From Callorhinchus milii (taxonomy: Eukaryota): a stretch of DNA of 64,000 nucleotides. Position 1 is the first letter of the stretch. Each line of letters begins with the position of its first letter. This document shows, piece after piece, positions 1 through 10,487 of the stretch. The position numbers and the translations under genes are program-made. The stretch spans positions 20,834,001-20,898,000 of the forward strand of contig NW_024704743.1 in the NCBI RefSeq assembly GCF_018977255.1. The letters are read 5' to 3'. The notes beneath the pieces were generated by a model, which did no database searches, was not told the DNA's origin, and saw nothing but the letters and a program-made list of their open reading frames with translations.

Positions 1-401
1 TGCTATTAGCAGCATAGGAAAATTAAACCTTCATCCACTACTGCTGTGAAAGATTATTTATAATGCTTCAATGTACAAACTTGCTATCATTTGGTCATTA
101 TATTGCAGTATTTTCCCTTTAGGCTTTCGCCCTGTTTAACTTAAAAATGCTGTGCTGTAACCAGCTGCTAAATAACCCACAATCACATTCTTTAAATATG
201 AAGGACTGGATGGAAGAATGGATTACAACACTACTCTTTCATCTGTGAAACGCGGATTTGATTCTACACCAAAACCATCTGACAAATGTTTAATTTCATA
301 GATGTCGGTGAGGGTCTTCAGTAAAATAATCACATTTTACGCAGTTCCTATCCAGCTTCTAGTGGGTATGAGATAACAGCAAACGTTACTCATATTTGGT
401 A

Positions 402-455
402 TTACATGTTTAATCCCCTCCCTATCCCTTTTGCTCCCACTTCCAGCTCGGGTGC
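402..455 (-). CDS. Possible next or terminal C10orf67 exon (APELEVGAKGIGRGLNM*)
   Basis: Acceptor-like ctatcctttttggatag|G and a phase-0 frame ending in TAA at 404-402. No homology support; the true next exon may lie left of the window. Confidence 0.25.
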   Translation of the reverse strand, partial: APELEVGAKGIGRGLNM

Positions 456-559
456 CTATCCAAAAAGGATAGCAATTTGAGATGCTTTCCCAAAGTGTGA
501 AAGGTGTTATATAAACGTAAATTGTATTGTCTGATCTCACTCAGAAATCATAAATATAG

Positions 560-950
560 TGGGTATCATCCTGGGGGGGGGGTGGTGGCTGATCCTCTCC
601 AAGGTGACATGCTTACCAAAAGATTTTCAGAATTGACATTCTGGCAGTCTGGTTACTGAGCAAGGTAGGCCTGCAATATTGCAGAGCATTGTAGATAACA
701 GCCCAGCCAGCCTGGCTCATTGTGTGGACTTGGAGAGGTAAGCTGGTCACAGGGTTTTTGCCCATTTGGCTCCTGTCAACCCTGCAAGTCAAAATCCTAA
801 TAGTAGGATGGTCCCAGCTGGACAAGCAGCGGGAAGCTTGCCAGAGTGATTTGGATGGAAAGCTTGTGGTGGTTTTAACTGGCAAGCTTTGACCTTGCCA
901 ACCTGCACCAAATCCTCTATGAAGTTACATAAGCAAGATGCACCCTCCAG
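560..950 (+). repeat. Unclassified old interspersed repeat (homologous inverted fragments at ~6630-6800, ~17055-17335, ~43835-44005)
   Basis: Shared blocks ggtcc.agctggacaagcag.gggaagcttgccag, gtggtttta.ctgg, ctccaaggtgacatgct; gtctgtcatcagcagt is shared by the last two copies. Confidence 0.65.
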
Positions 951-1218
951 GGAGAGAGTGCACATTCCATTCTATATATGTGGAACTCTCAGGCCGGTTT
1001 GTATACTCTTAAGCATGATGACGATTTTCAGTTGTGACACTCAGCTGACTAAAACAACATAAGCTTCACTAGTGCAGGAAATGTAAATATCAAACATGTG
1101 CAGTAGGGCATCTGCTTTGGAGTTACTGCTTCATTCCCTAGTGCTTAATAGAATAAACGTTTTTGACCCTTGTACTTCAGTATTTTTGTGCTTAAAGGAG
1201 TCATTAACAGGTACTTAC

Positions 1219-1306
1219 TGCATAATTCATGTTGGAATTGCGGATAGATGCCGTTTGGCGCTGCATAGAACATCTCATGAACATCTCATCCTTTACAGCA
1301 AAGAGG
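1219..1306 (-). CDS. C10orf67: C10orf67 exon 13 ((S)LFAVKDEMFMRCSMQRQTASIRNSNMNYA)
   Basis: Acceptor aattttcag, donor GCA|gtaagt, 88 nt, phase 2-0. Resembles human SFHVLKNEMFTRHTLFRQ. Confidence 0.92.
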
Positions 1307-1467
1307 CTGAAAATTTATAGATTTGTTTATTTTTAAACTGTTGCATTACAACACACAAAACATTTAATTATTTCTGCAATGGGATTAAGTAAAGAAGCAT
1401 CACACATTTTTTTAATAACAAATCTGGTGAAGTTATTATTTTGTTCATAAACTTTACAAATGTGTAC

Positions 1468-1533
1468 CTTCTCCTTAGTATATTAAACTTTTTTTCCCAC
1501 GCTTGATTTGTTCGCTGAAGCTCTTTATTAAGT
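1468..1533 (-). CDS. C10orf67: C10orf67 exon 12 ((G)LNKELQRTNQAWEKKFNILRR-)
   Basis: Acceptor ttgtttttcag, donor AAG|gtacac, 66 nt, phase 2-2. Resembles human RLNKSWEKRFFILRNS (DUF4724 region). Confidence 0.92.
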
Positions 1534-1639
1534 CTGAAAAACAAGTATATTTCATGAGTGAAAAACAAAACTGTTTCAACCTGTACCAATTAGCTACTGA
1601 CTAACTAGTATTAGCTTTCGGGATTTGATCTTATAATCG

Positions 1640-1830
1640 TCTAGGTGCAGTTATCTATACATCGTACAGTACTGAGGGAGTTAACCAAAGGAGTGGTGGT
1701 TTTAACTGGCTGTTCCAAAGGAGTGCCATTCTTTAGATAAGCGGTTAAACCAAGTTCTTGTCTACTAGGTGAATCTTAAAAAATCCCATGATATTAGTTG
1801 AAAAAAGAAGGCATCTTCTTCTTGGGCTAT
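1640..1830 (+). mobile_element. Deu-domain SINE fragment
   Basis: cagtactgagggag..ggttaaaccaag..aggtgaatcttaaaaaatcccatg. Confidence 0.6.
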
Positions 1831-2300
1831 GGAAAATAATCCTGCAGATAAATTGGTCACTTATGTGTAGTTACTTGTGTGACCTTGCTGTGAACTGCGT
1901 GCAACAGTAATTTCTGTAAACTGTTTTGAGAAATTTTAATGTAAAAAGTTACTATAAAATTACAAGTTTTACCCTTCTAATTGTTTGTCAAGCTTTTTCA
2001 AATAAAAGCTTGAAATTCAAAGTGGATTGAAATCCCAATCCTTGCCAGGCTCCAGTAACTCCCTGCCTTCAAATGGATCAACTTCAAAAGGCATCACACA
2101 TAAATCACTGTAGCACCTCCCCATCTCTATGATATCTCTACCTGCCCCCTCTGCTCAGCTAATGTAGGCCCTCTACGTGTCCCCCACGCGCTCTGCACCA
2201 CCGTTGGGAGCTAAACTTCATTCCATAAAACCATGGAATTTATGGTAAAAAGGGAGGTCACCCTGCCCATTGTGCCTGTGCTGCAAAATTCACTACTGTA

Positions 2301-2452
2301 CTGCCAAAGTCATTACACCCCCAACCACTGGATTTCTCTGCTTCTACCCCTCCACCTCTCCCCTTCTCTATTTATCTTCAAATCACATAATTCTATTTTA
2401 AACCAAAGAATACTGTATCTATAAGATCATCCCTTCCTTTATAGGAAGGTAA
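2301..2452 (+). repeat. 152 bp direct repeat; second copy at 3556-3707
   Basis: Ungapped alignment, 7 mismatches in 152 counted by hand. Confidence 0.92.
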
Positions 2453-3379
2453 AAGTGCGTAAGAAGCTAGCTGCCATCTATTACATTCTATAATTTTAAC
2501 AAATATATGGGTGAACCATATATGTAGCTAAATTGAGAGGGCAACAGATTAGCCTCAACTTTGATATTGAAATGAGTTAGAGACATTATGATGAATGGGT
2601 TGTAAGACACGTGTGCTCTAATTAATGGGCTGTGAACTTCAATAATTGGTGTAAATAGTACATTGCTGCTTATGGAGGAACCTTGAGAGTAATTTTCAAG
2701 GTGAACCTGAGGAGGCCCTCAGCTCCTCCACAGGCCACCAGAAAATCTTCTTTTACAGGTGGCCCCAAGACTACAATGAAAATCATGCATGAATGTCAAT
2801 GATAAATAAGATGTTAAATGGGATTAAAAAAGTAAATGCAGAAACATATTTCCAGATTCGCAGAGACAGCTGGACAAGTTTCAGGTTTGTGAAAGGAACT
2901 TTATAACAGATAGCAGGAATTATTTCTTTGCACGAGTTTCCAGTTGGTGGAAAGGTTAACCGGGAGAAGTGGTGAGACGTTCTTCAGTTTAACTCCCTGT
3001 GAAGAATATGACTCACACGGACTTTTCCTTGTGATTTCACTGCTTTACGAGTTGATTACTGTGTTTTGAACAATGCTTGTACATAAAGGAAAACTGTTTA
3101 AACAACAGTTTCACACTCACTTCATTATTCAAACTTTCGACAATATAATGTCGCCCTTGTGGAATAAGTGACAATCATAAGTACAGGTCAACTAAACATG
3201 TCTAAGGTGCTATATGGCTCTTGTTTTGCCCTGCGTTCATTTTTGGTTTTACAATTGTATTACACTTTATTCTTTGCTGAGAAGTGGTTTTCACATTCAT
3301 AATTAAACAATACCAAGTTTTTTTTAATATTATGAGTCAGTAGCGCTCTTGGCTCTTTAATGACATTACATTTGTTCAC

Positions 3380-3745
3380 AATGGTGAACGTCCACGATGG
3401 TAAACGTCCACCTAAACAGGCAGACAAGGCGTTGGATTAACGTCTCATCTGAATAATGTCACCTCCAACAATGCAACACCCCATCAGCATTGCATTGAAG
3501 TGTCATCTTAGACTATTTAAATTCGGAGTTCTGATGTGAGGCTTGAACGCATGTTCTGCCAAAGTCATTACACCCCCAACCACTGGATTTCTCTGCTTCT
3601 ATTCCTCCACCTCTCCTCTTCTCTATTTATCTTCAAATTACATAATTCTATTTTAAACTAGAGAATACTGTATCTATAAGATCATCCCTTACTTTATAGG
3701 AAGGTAATACAGAAGCAAAAATGCTACCAAATGAGCCAGGATGCT
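3380..3745 (-). mobile_element. Deu-domain SINE carrying a 152 bp insert
   Basis: aacgtccacctaaacaggcagac..ttaacgtctcatctgaa..ggcttgaac [insert 3556-3707] agaagcaaaaatgctaccaaatgagcc. Confidence 0.75.
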
Positions 3746-3964
3746 ACCCAATGCGCATGAATCTGGAAACTTAAAACTTATTAAAGAGGTATGATTGAGG
3801 GGCGTGGAATGGCTCTCCCTCTGCTTTTGAGGAAACATTTCTGCGCGATACTTCTTCACTGCCATAAGGGTGAGTCTCTAAACTCACTGTGTGGAAAAAT
3901 TGGGGTGTTCACATTTCTAACATTTGGCAATGCAGCATGTTAGAGGCTGCTCTGTGATACTCAC

Positions 3965-4053
3965 CCCAGTATAAGTTCTTTTTGTTGTTTGTCTAACTTC
4001 TTCAACAACTTTAATTCAAGAAGAGCTTGGCTTGTATCAAGGTGGGTTTCCTT
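3965..4053 (-). CDS. C10orf67: C10orf67 exon 11 (KETHLDTSQALLELKLLKKLDKQQKELIL-)
   Basis: Acceptor tttttttcttgacag, donor GGG|gtgagt, 89 nt, phase 0-2. Confidence 0.85.
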
Positions 4054-4299
4054 CTGTCAAGAAAAAAACAAATATCTGTTTTGATTGTTTTTTATTGATA
4101 AAGCTAATCTGACAGAGATTGAAAAATATAAGAAATTAGGTGATCCCAAGCATGGTTTTCAAAGTTTGGACATTGTAGGACAAAGGGAAAATGCTCCCAG
4201 TTAGATTTGGAGGATTTAACTTTTAATGAGAGGTAAGAGGGATAATGAAGAGTTTGGGATAAAAGAGTCAACCACATTGCTTTGGATGCAGCCTCTCCT

Positions 4300-5480
4300 C
4301 TCACCTCAACCTCCATGGCGCTGTTCTTGAGTGGTTCAGATCGTACCTCTCACACCACCTGCACTTCATCTCCTCAACCGGCTTCTCCTCTAGCCCCCGG
4401 ACTGTCTTGTGCGGCGTTCCCAGGACTCTGTCCTTGGTCTCCTCCTCTTCAATATCTATATGCTCCCTCTTAGTGACATTACCCGCAGACATAAGATCAA
4501 CTTGCACATGTATGCGGATGACACACAACTGTACCTCTCTGCCTCCACCCTTGACTCCAGGACCATTGCTGTCCTGACAGAATATCTGTCAGACATCAAG
4601 TCCTGGATGAGAGGTAACTTTCTTCAGTTGGACATCAGCAAGACTGAGGCTCTCCTGATTGGCTCCCGTCAGCGCCTCCATGCCTCAGGCGCTGACAGCA
4701 TCCCATCCATGGTTGCACACTCCACCTCACTAAGAACCTTGGCGTCTTGTTTGACCCTCAACTATCCTTTCTACCCCACATCTGTGCCATGACCCGCTCT
4801 GCCTTGCCCCACCTCCGCAATGTCGCCCGGCTCCAGCACTGTCTCACACTGCAGGCTGTCGAAACCCTCATACATACGTACCTTCATTATACTGAGGCTC
4901 GACTATGCAAACTCATTGCTTGTTGGCCTCCCCAACTCCTCCCTCTGCAGGCTGCAGATCATCCAGAACTCTGCAGCCTGTGTCCTTTCCTGCACTAGGT
5001 GCCGCGACCCTATCACCCCCTTCCTTGCCCAACTCCACTGGCTTTCCATCACACAGAGGATACAGTTCAAGATCCTGGTCCTCACCTTCAAAGCCCTCCA
5101 CAGTCTTGCACCCCCCTACCTCTCCGACCTCCCCTACCATCCTGTTTGCTCCCTACACTCAGAGGGCTCCGGCCTGCTTCACGTACCCCGCCTTGCTCAC
5201 CCCTCTAATAGCGGGCAGGCCTTCCATCACTCTGTCCCCACCCTCTGGAACTTCATCCTGCAGTTCCTCTGTCTCGCCCCCTCCCTTGCCACCTTCAAGA
5301 CCCATCTCAAGACCTTCCTCTGCGACTGTGCTTTCAATCTCCATGCTTCACCCCCTGACCTCCACCCTTCCCCACCCTAACCCCCAGTTCGGTTCCGTAA
5401 CTCTGCCTGCCCAGCGCCTTGGGACGTCTGCCCGACGTGAAAGGTGCTATACAAATGTAATTTTGTTGTTGTTGTTGTTA
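4300..5480 (+). mobile_element. L2 LINE 3' fragment (decayed reverse transcriptase plus tail)
   Basis: Peptides [53 protein letters not shown]; tail gggacgtc..gtgaaaggtgctatacaaatgtaa(ttg)n. Confidence 0.92.
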
Positions 5481-5618
5481 GCAAATGAGGATGTGCTGGA
5501 TTTCTGTTTGAAGTCATAGAGTTAGCGAGACCTTGAATATTAACCATCAGATGAAAAAGAATGGTTGCAAATTCTCTCATACTGCATACATTTTAATAGA
5601 ATTTTTTTTACACATTAC

Positions 5619-5753
5619 CTTAACTTCCTTAGTTTCCTTAGTATCCTTAGATTCCTTAGTTTCAATTATGTATGATTTTTGTTTAGCTATCAGTGCTTCC
5701 TTTGCCTTCAAAGTCAGTTCTATATCTTTAGCAGCTTTATCCCGTGCTTCCAT
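5619..5753 (-). CDS. C10orf67: C10orf67 exon 10 (MEARDKAAKDIELTLKAKEALIAKQKSYIIETKESKDTKETKEVK)
   Basis: Acceptor cttcctttaatgcag, donor AAG|gtaatg, 135 nt, phase 0-0; K/E-rich open frame. Confidence 0.82.
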
Positions 5754-5964
5754 CTGCATTAAAGGAAGCAAAACTAAGTTTCTCAAGCGGAAATTAAGAA
5801 GTTGTCAAAACAATGTAAAACAATTGTTAATCACAGATTACCAGCACAAAACATTGTAAGTTTCACACTATGTATTCAGCCTAACCTAAAATATTTGGGA
5901 TTTGGCTTCCAGGGTTGTAGACATATGTTGGATTTCTGTTTGAGGTCAATTAAATCTGTAAGTC

Positions 5965-6150
5965 TCTCCCCCAAATGGCTGTGGATGCTGGATCCACTCA
6001 AATTTTCAAGACTGAGGTGGATAGATTTTTGTTAGGTAATGGTATCAAGGGATAAGGGCAAAGGTGGGTATTTGGAGTTGAGATATAGATCAGCTTTGAA
6101 TGGCGGAACAGGCTTGAAGGGCTGAATGGCCTACTTCTGTTCCTAAGTTT
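5965..6150 (+). mobile_element. CR1 LINE 3' tail
   Basis: ttcaagactgaggtggatagattttt..tgaatggcggaacaggcttgaagggctgaatggcctacttctgttcct. Confidence 0.8.
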
Positions 6151-7299
6151 CTGTAGCTACATTTTCAAACCTTACTGATAAGTCGAAAGGCTAGTCAACC
6201 ATCAACAATGCTTTGAGTTACAGTATTATGGATTGGTTTGGCTCAGAACTAGTTTAACCTTAGGATCCTTACCTTCCCATCCCCAAGAAAAACTAATTTC
6301 TGTGACTTCAAAAGGGTGAAAGTAACTTAATTAATATTAGAGACTGATCCTAATTTAGACTTTATGCAACTTTCACTACATATGTTCCATCATATATGTA
6401 AAGTTAAAACCCAATGAAAAAGGACACACAATATCTGTCTGAGTACTTTCCATTGTTGAAGACTTCTTTGCTTGGAAGTAGCTTCTGCAATATTCTCTCT
6501 TAAAAGGCACATGACATTCAACTGCCTCAAAATCAAACGAGAAGATTGAATGGTGCTTGATTTCCACCTTGAAGACCAACAATGATCTTCATCTATCTGA
6601 GAAGCTATGTGTGAGTACGTTCAGTCTGAGTATTAGGTGCAGGTTGGCAAGAGGCAAGGCTTGGGGACCCAGAGTGTGCATTGGTGTACTGTTGGAGTCT
6701 AACCAGCTAAAACCACATAGCTTGCCATTGATATTGCTATCTGGCAAGCTTTCCCACTGCTTGTCCAGCTTGGACCACCCTACTCATTAGTGGCTTACAG
6801 GAGCTGAGTGGGATGATTCTCCTTGGGTAGACTCAGCAGTTAACTCTTCAAACTTCATTCATTTGTTATTGGAGGAATGATCCATACTGAAAGGCAGCTA
6901 AATGTTTACACAAGATTTCCTTAAAAGTGCAGGTGTGTTTAGATTTTAATTTCTAGTTAACATTGCTCTGCAATATACTTGGTTGCTGTTGCTTTGGAAT
7001 TTACCCTAATGACACTGTAAGCTGAATTCAAAGGTACCAGGAGAAATAGTTAAACAGGGGAAATAGTTAAACAGTTGTGCATGAACATAAATAGTTGAAC
7101 ATAAGAGATCCTGGCCCGCCTGATATCAACTGCAAGTTGTTGTTGTTATCTTGAAATCGTGAATTGTCACATTTCTTGCTGCCCACAGGAGTTTCCTTGA
7201 GGTTTGGGGAAGGCCTGAACAGGTCAGTCAGGTCATTAAGCTGCATCATAAAGAATGAATTTGACTCTATGGGCATTAAGATATTTGTGCTTCAGATAA

Positions 7300-7620
7300 T
7301 ACTTTAAACCGAGGTCCCATCTGTCTGTTCAGGTGGATGTTAAAGATCCAATGGCACTATTTGAAAAGAGAAGGGTTTATCGGGGGTGTGCAACAATCAA
7401 TCTGCACACAGCGATTTCCCACAAACTGCCAAGAAGTGAATTACCAATTTTATTTGGGAGATTGTTGGCCAGGACACCGTGAGAAACTCCCTACTCTTTT
7501 CAAATAGAGCCATGGGATCCTGAGCATGCACCTGAACAGGACCTCAGTTTAATGTCTTATCCGAAAGATGGCACCATGAATGCAGTACACTTCCAGCACT
7601 GCAATGGAGTATCAGTGTAA
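7300..7620. mobile_element. Two inverted Deu-domain SINE fragments
   Basis: ttaaaccgaggtccc..ttcaggtggatgttaaagatccaatggcactattt on +, and its reverse complement at 7470-7620. Confidence 0.75.
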
Positions 7621-8694
7621 ATCACAGTACAAGTGAATACACAGTGACTACACTTTACAATAAATCATGTCAAGTGCTTTGAGATGTCTTCCTCGGAGGG
7701 TAGCGCTCCAAGATGTTATATAAATGCAAGTCTTTGTTGTTGTCAGCCTAGATGAGTTCCTAGTTCCAACTTAGGGCTTGAACAGTGGCAAAACTTGTAG
7801 GGGATTGGGGGGTGGTCAGGGGGCCTCATTATCACTTTGAGGTCGGCCAATTTTGTATGCCAAATAATTTACCCCCTTGCTGTTTTGAATTTGATGCAAA
7901 TGGGAATCAGAATTGGAACACATTGGCGTGGCTGTGCTGTGCGGTCAGCCGCAAAACATTAGCTCTCCAGGCCACCTCAATCACACCCTCTCCTCCCATC
8001 TCCCCTGACCCTGACTGACAAAGCCTGGACATGGACCACAGCCTGCCTGCTCACTGACTGGCACTGTCACAAATATATGGAAGTAATATGGTTATCTTTG
8101 AGGATCTAGGAGTATCTATGAAGAAATTTCTCCCAAGAGATAGAATGGTCAAGGTTGAGTCTATGATGGTATGTCTTGCATGATGTGTAATTGGAGCCTG
8201 ATGGGCCAAATTGCCTTTCTTGTACGTTGCTGTTTTGTTCTTTTCTGGACAACAAATTTACAAAGTAAGCTGTCAGAGAAACAAAACTGTCTTTTATTTA
8301 ATGAATGCATGAATTAATATGTAGAATTATATTTGTGTGGGGATTGCATGTATCAGAAGGCAGGAGATTTGTTTTGTTCCGGTGACCAGGCTACTCATTC
8401 TTTTATGTGATGGGAAGTGCTGATCCTAGGGTAGTACAAGGAGGTGGTCCTTTGTGTGACAAGCTTAGGTGGAGTAACTTCTCAGGATCATTAACATGTC
8501 TGGTTATTTATATTAGTCTTGTGTTGTAATCAGCACATATAGGATGATTATGCTGGTACAAATTGTATCCAGTATGGGTTATCCAATGGTAATTGCAGAC
8601 AGGTATTAAAAATTGTTACTGGTGTTACGCAAGTGAAATGTTTAAGATATAAAAAACACATCATCGAGAAGATTCTCGCACCAAGTTAAATTAC

Positions 8695-10110
8695 ACTACA
8701 AAATTACATTTGTATAGCGCCTTTCACGTCAGGGGGATGTCCCAAGGCTTTGGACAATCAGGGATTTGGACCCAGCAGTGTGTTGGGGAGTTGGGATCAA
8801 AGAGGGTGGAGGGCAGGGAGGGTGGCCAAAGGCGCAGTCGAAGAGGACGGTCTTGAGATGTGCCTTGAAGGAGGCAAGGGAGGGAACGAGGGAAAGGGAA
8901 TGTGGGATGGCGTTCCAAAGGGTGGAGGCAGAGAGGCTGAAGGCTCGATCACCAATTGTTGGGGCAGGTACGTGGCGCAGGCCAGAGCCTGCTGAGCGGA
9001 TGGAGCGGACTGGTTGATATGGGGTTGGCAGGTCACAGAGGTAGGAGTAATAATAATAATAATCCTTGCATTTGATATTGCGCTTTTCACGTCTTCTAAA
9101 CGTCTCAAAGCGCTTCACAGAATATACTGTAAAGTGAATTGACTGTATATTTGTGGGCGAAATGCGGCAGCCAATTGCAAGTGTCCCACAAGCAGTCATG
9201 GATTGAAAATGACCAATTTATTATTGTTTTTGTTTTTGGAGGGATTATTATTAGGTGTGTGGAGTAAGAAAACTTGCCCAAGGTTTTGCCCTGCCTGGAA
9301 TTGAACCCAGGTATCTCGCTTGCAAGGTGAGTACTCTAACCACTGAGCCACAGGACTCCAGATGGGGAGTGGCCGAGAGTGGGTTAGTGGGCAAGAGAGG
9401 AGGGGACGAGAGAGGGGCAGTGGGTGAGAGAGAGGTAATGGGTGAGAGAGGGGTTGTGGGAAGATCAGGGGAGTGGGCGTGGGGAGACAGTGAGGGCGAG
9501 AGAGCGGTGCGTGATAAGGGGGTTTGCTTGAGTGTAGGGCAAGCCCGTGGAGGGGGTTGCTAGTTGAGGGCGGTGGGATCACAGAGCCTGGTGCAGGAGA
9601 GGCCACAGGCTGCAGTGTTCTGGATGATCTGCAGCTTGTGGAAGGAAAAGTTGGGAAGGGAGTTGCCATAGTTGAGCCCAGATGTGATGAATACGTGAAT
9701 CAGTGTTTCGGTGGCCTGAGGAAATGTCGGAGCCGGGTGATGTTGTGGAGGTGGGTGGGGGAAGACAGAGCGGGTCATGGCACGGATGTAGGGTAGAAAG
9801 AACAGTTGAGGGTCAAACAATTCACCAAGGTTCCAGACTGGCTCGGTAAGGTGGAGTGTGCATCCGTGGATGGTGATGCTGCCAGTGCCTGAGGTGTGGA
9901 GGCGCTGCTGGGAGACAAGTTAGCTCTCATCCAGGACTTGATGTCTGTCAGGACAGCAGTGGTCCTGGAGTCAAGGCAGCGAGATAGCAGGTGTCGTCCA
10001 CATACACGTGAATGTTGACCCCATGTCTGCGGAGCATGCACAAGTTGAAGAGTAGAGAACCAAGGACAGATCCGAGGAACACCCGACACGGTACGGGGGC
10101 TGCAGGAGAC
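8695..10110 (-). mobile_element. Fragmented L2 LINE interrupted by a SINE and a purine-rich tract
   Basis: Minus-strand peptides GSVLGSLLFNLCM, HVYVDDT, DIKSWMRAN, LQIIQNTAA, RAFSLSASTLWNAIP; L2 tail at ~8700-8770. Confidence 0.88.
9048..9359 (-). mobile_element. tRNA-Ala-derived SINE (SINE2-1_CM-like, internally deleted form)
   Basis: Head ggagtcctgtggctcagtggttagag..ttgcaagcgag..gggttcaattcc with A and B boxes; L2-like tail ending aaatgcaagg(att)n. Confidence 0.88.
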
Positions 10111-10176
10111 GTTATTTGTGGAGACAAAGTGGAGACAGTGTGAGAGATAGGATCTAAACCACTTAAGGACAATCTA

Positions 10177-10487
10177 TGCAGCTCAGTGGTTATAGCACTT
10201 GCCTCACAAGCAAGAGACCTGGGTTCGATTCCCAGGAGGGTGAAACCTTGGGTAAGTTTCCTTACTCCACACACCTGATAATAATCCCTCAAGAAAAAAA
10301 AACAATAATAAAATTGGTCGTTTCAATCTACGACTGTTTGTGGGACACTGCTGTGCGCAATTGGATGCCGTATTTCGCCAACAAATATAGTCAAGTCACT
10401 TACAGTATATTCTGTGAAGCGCTTTGAGACGTCTAGAAGATGTGAAAAGCACTATAGCAAATGCAAGGATTATTATTTCTTATTATT
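10177..10487 (+). mobile_element. tRNA-Ala-derived SINE (same family)
   Basis: gcagctcagtggttatagc...gggttcgattccc head; tail aaatgcaaggattattatt. A second tail-only copy follows at ~10495-10610. Confidence 0.88.

Noticed and set aside
4820..5519. Overlapping 186 and 204 aa ORFs, and similar stacks at 8.7-10.3, 50.8-52.4 and 60.7-63.4 kb
   Set aside because: Frameshifted L2 reverse-transcriptase remnants and their alternative-frame shadows, not host genes.
9360..9530. Purine-rich tract giving HPLPLS repeats in an ORF
   Set aside because: Decayed 18-nt minisatellite or low-complexity DNA at a repeat junction.
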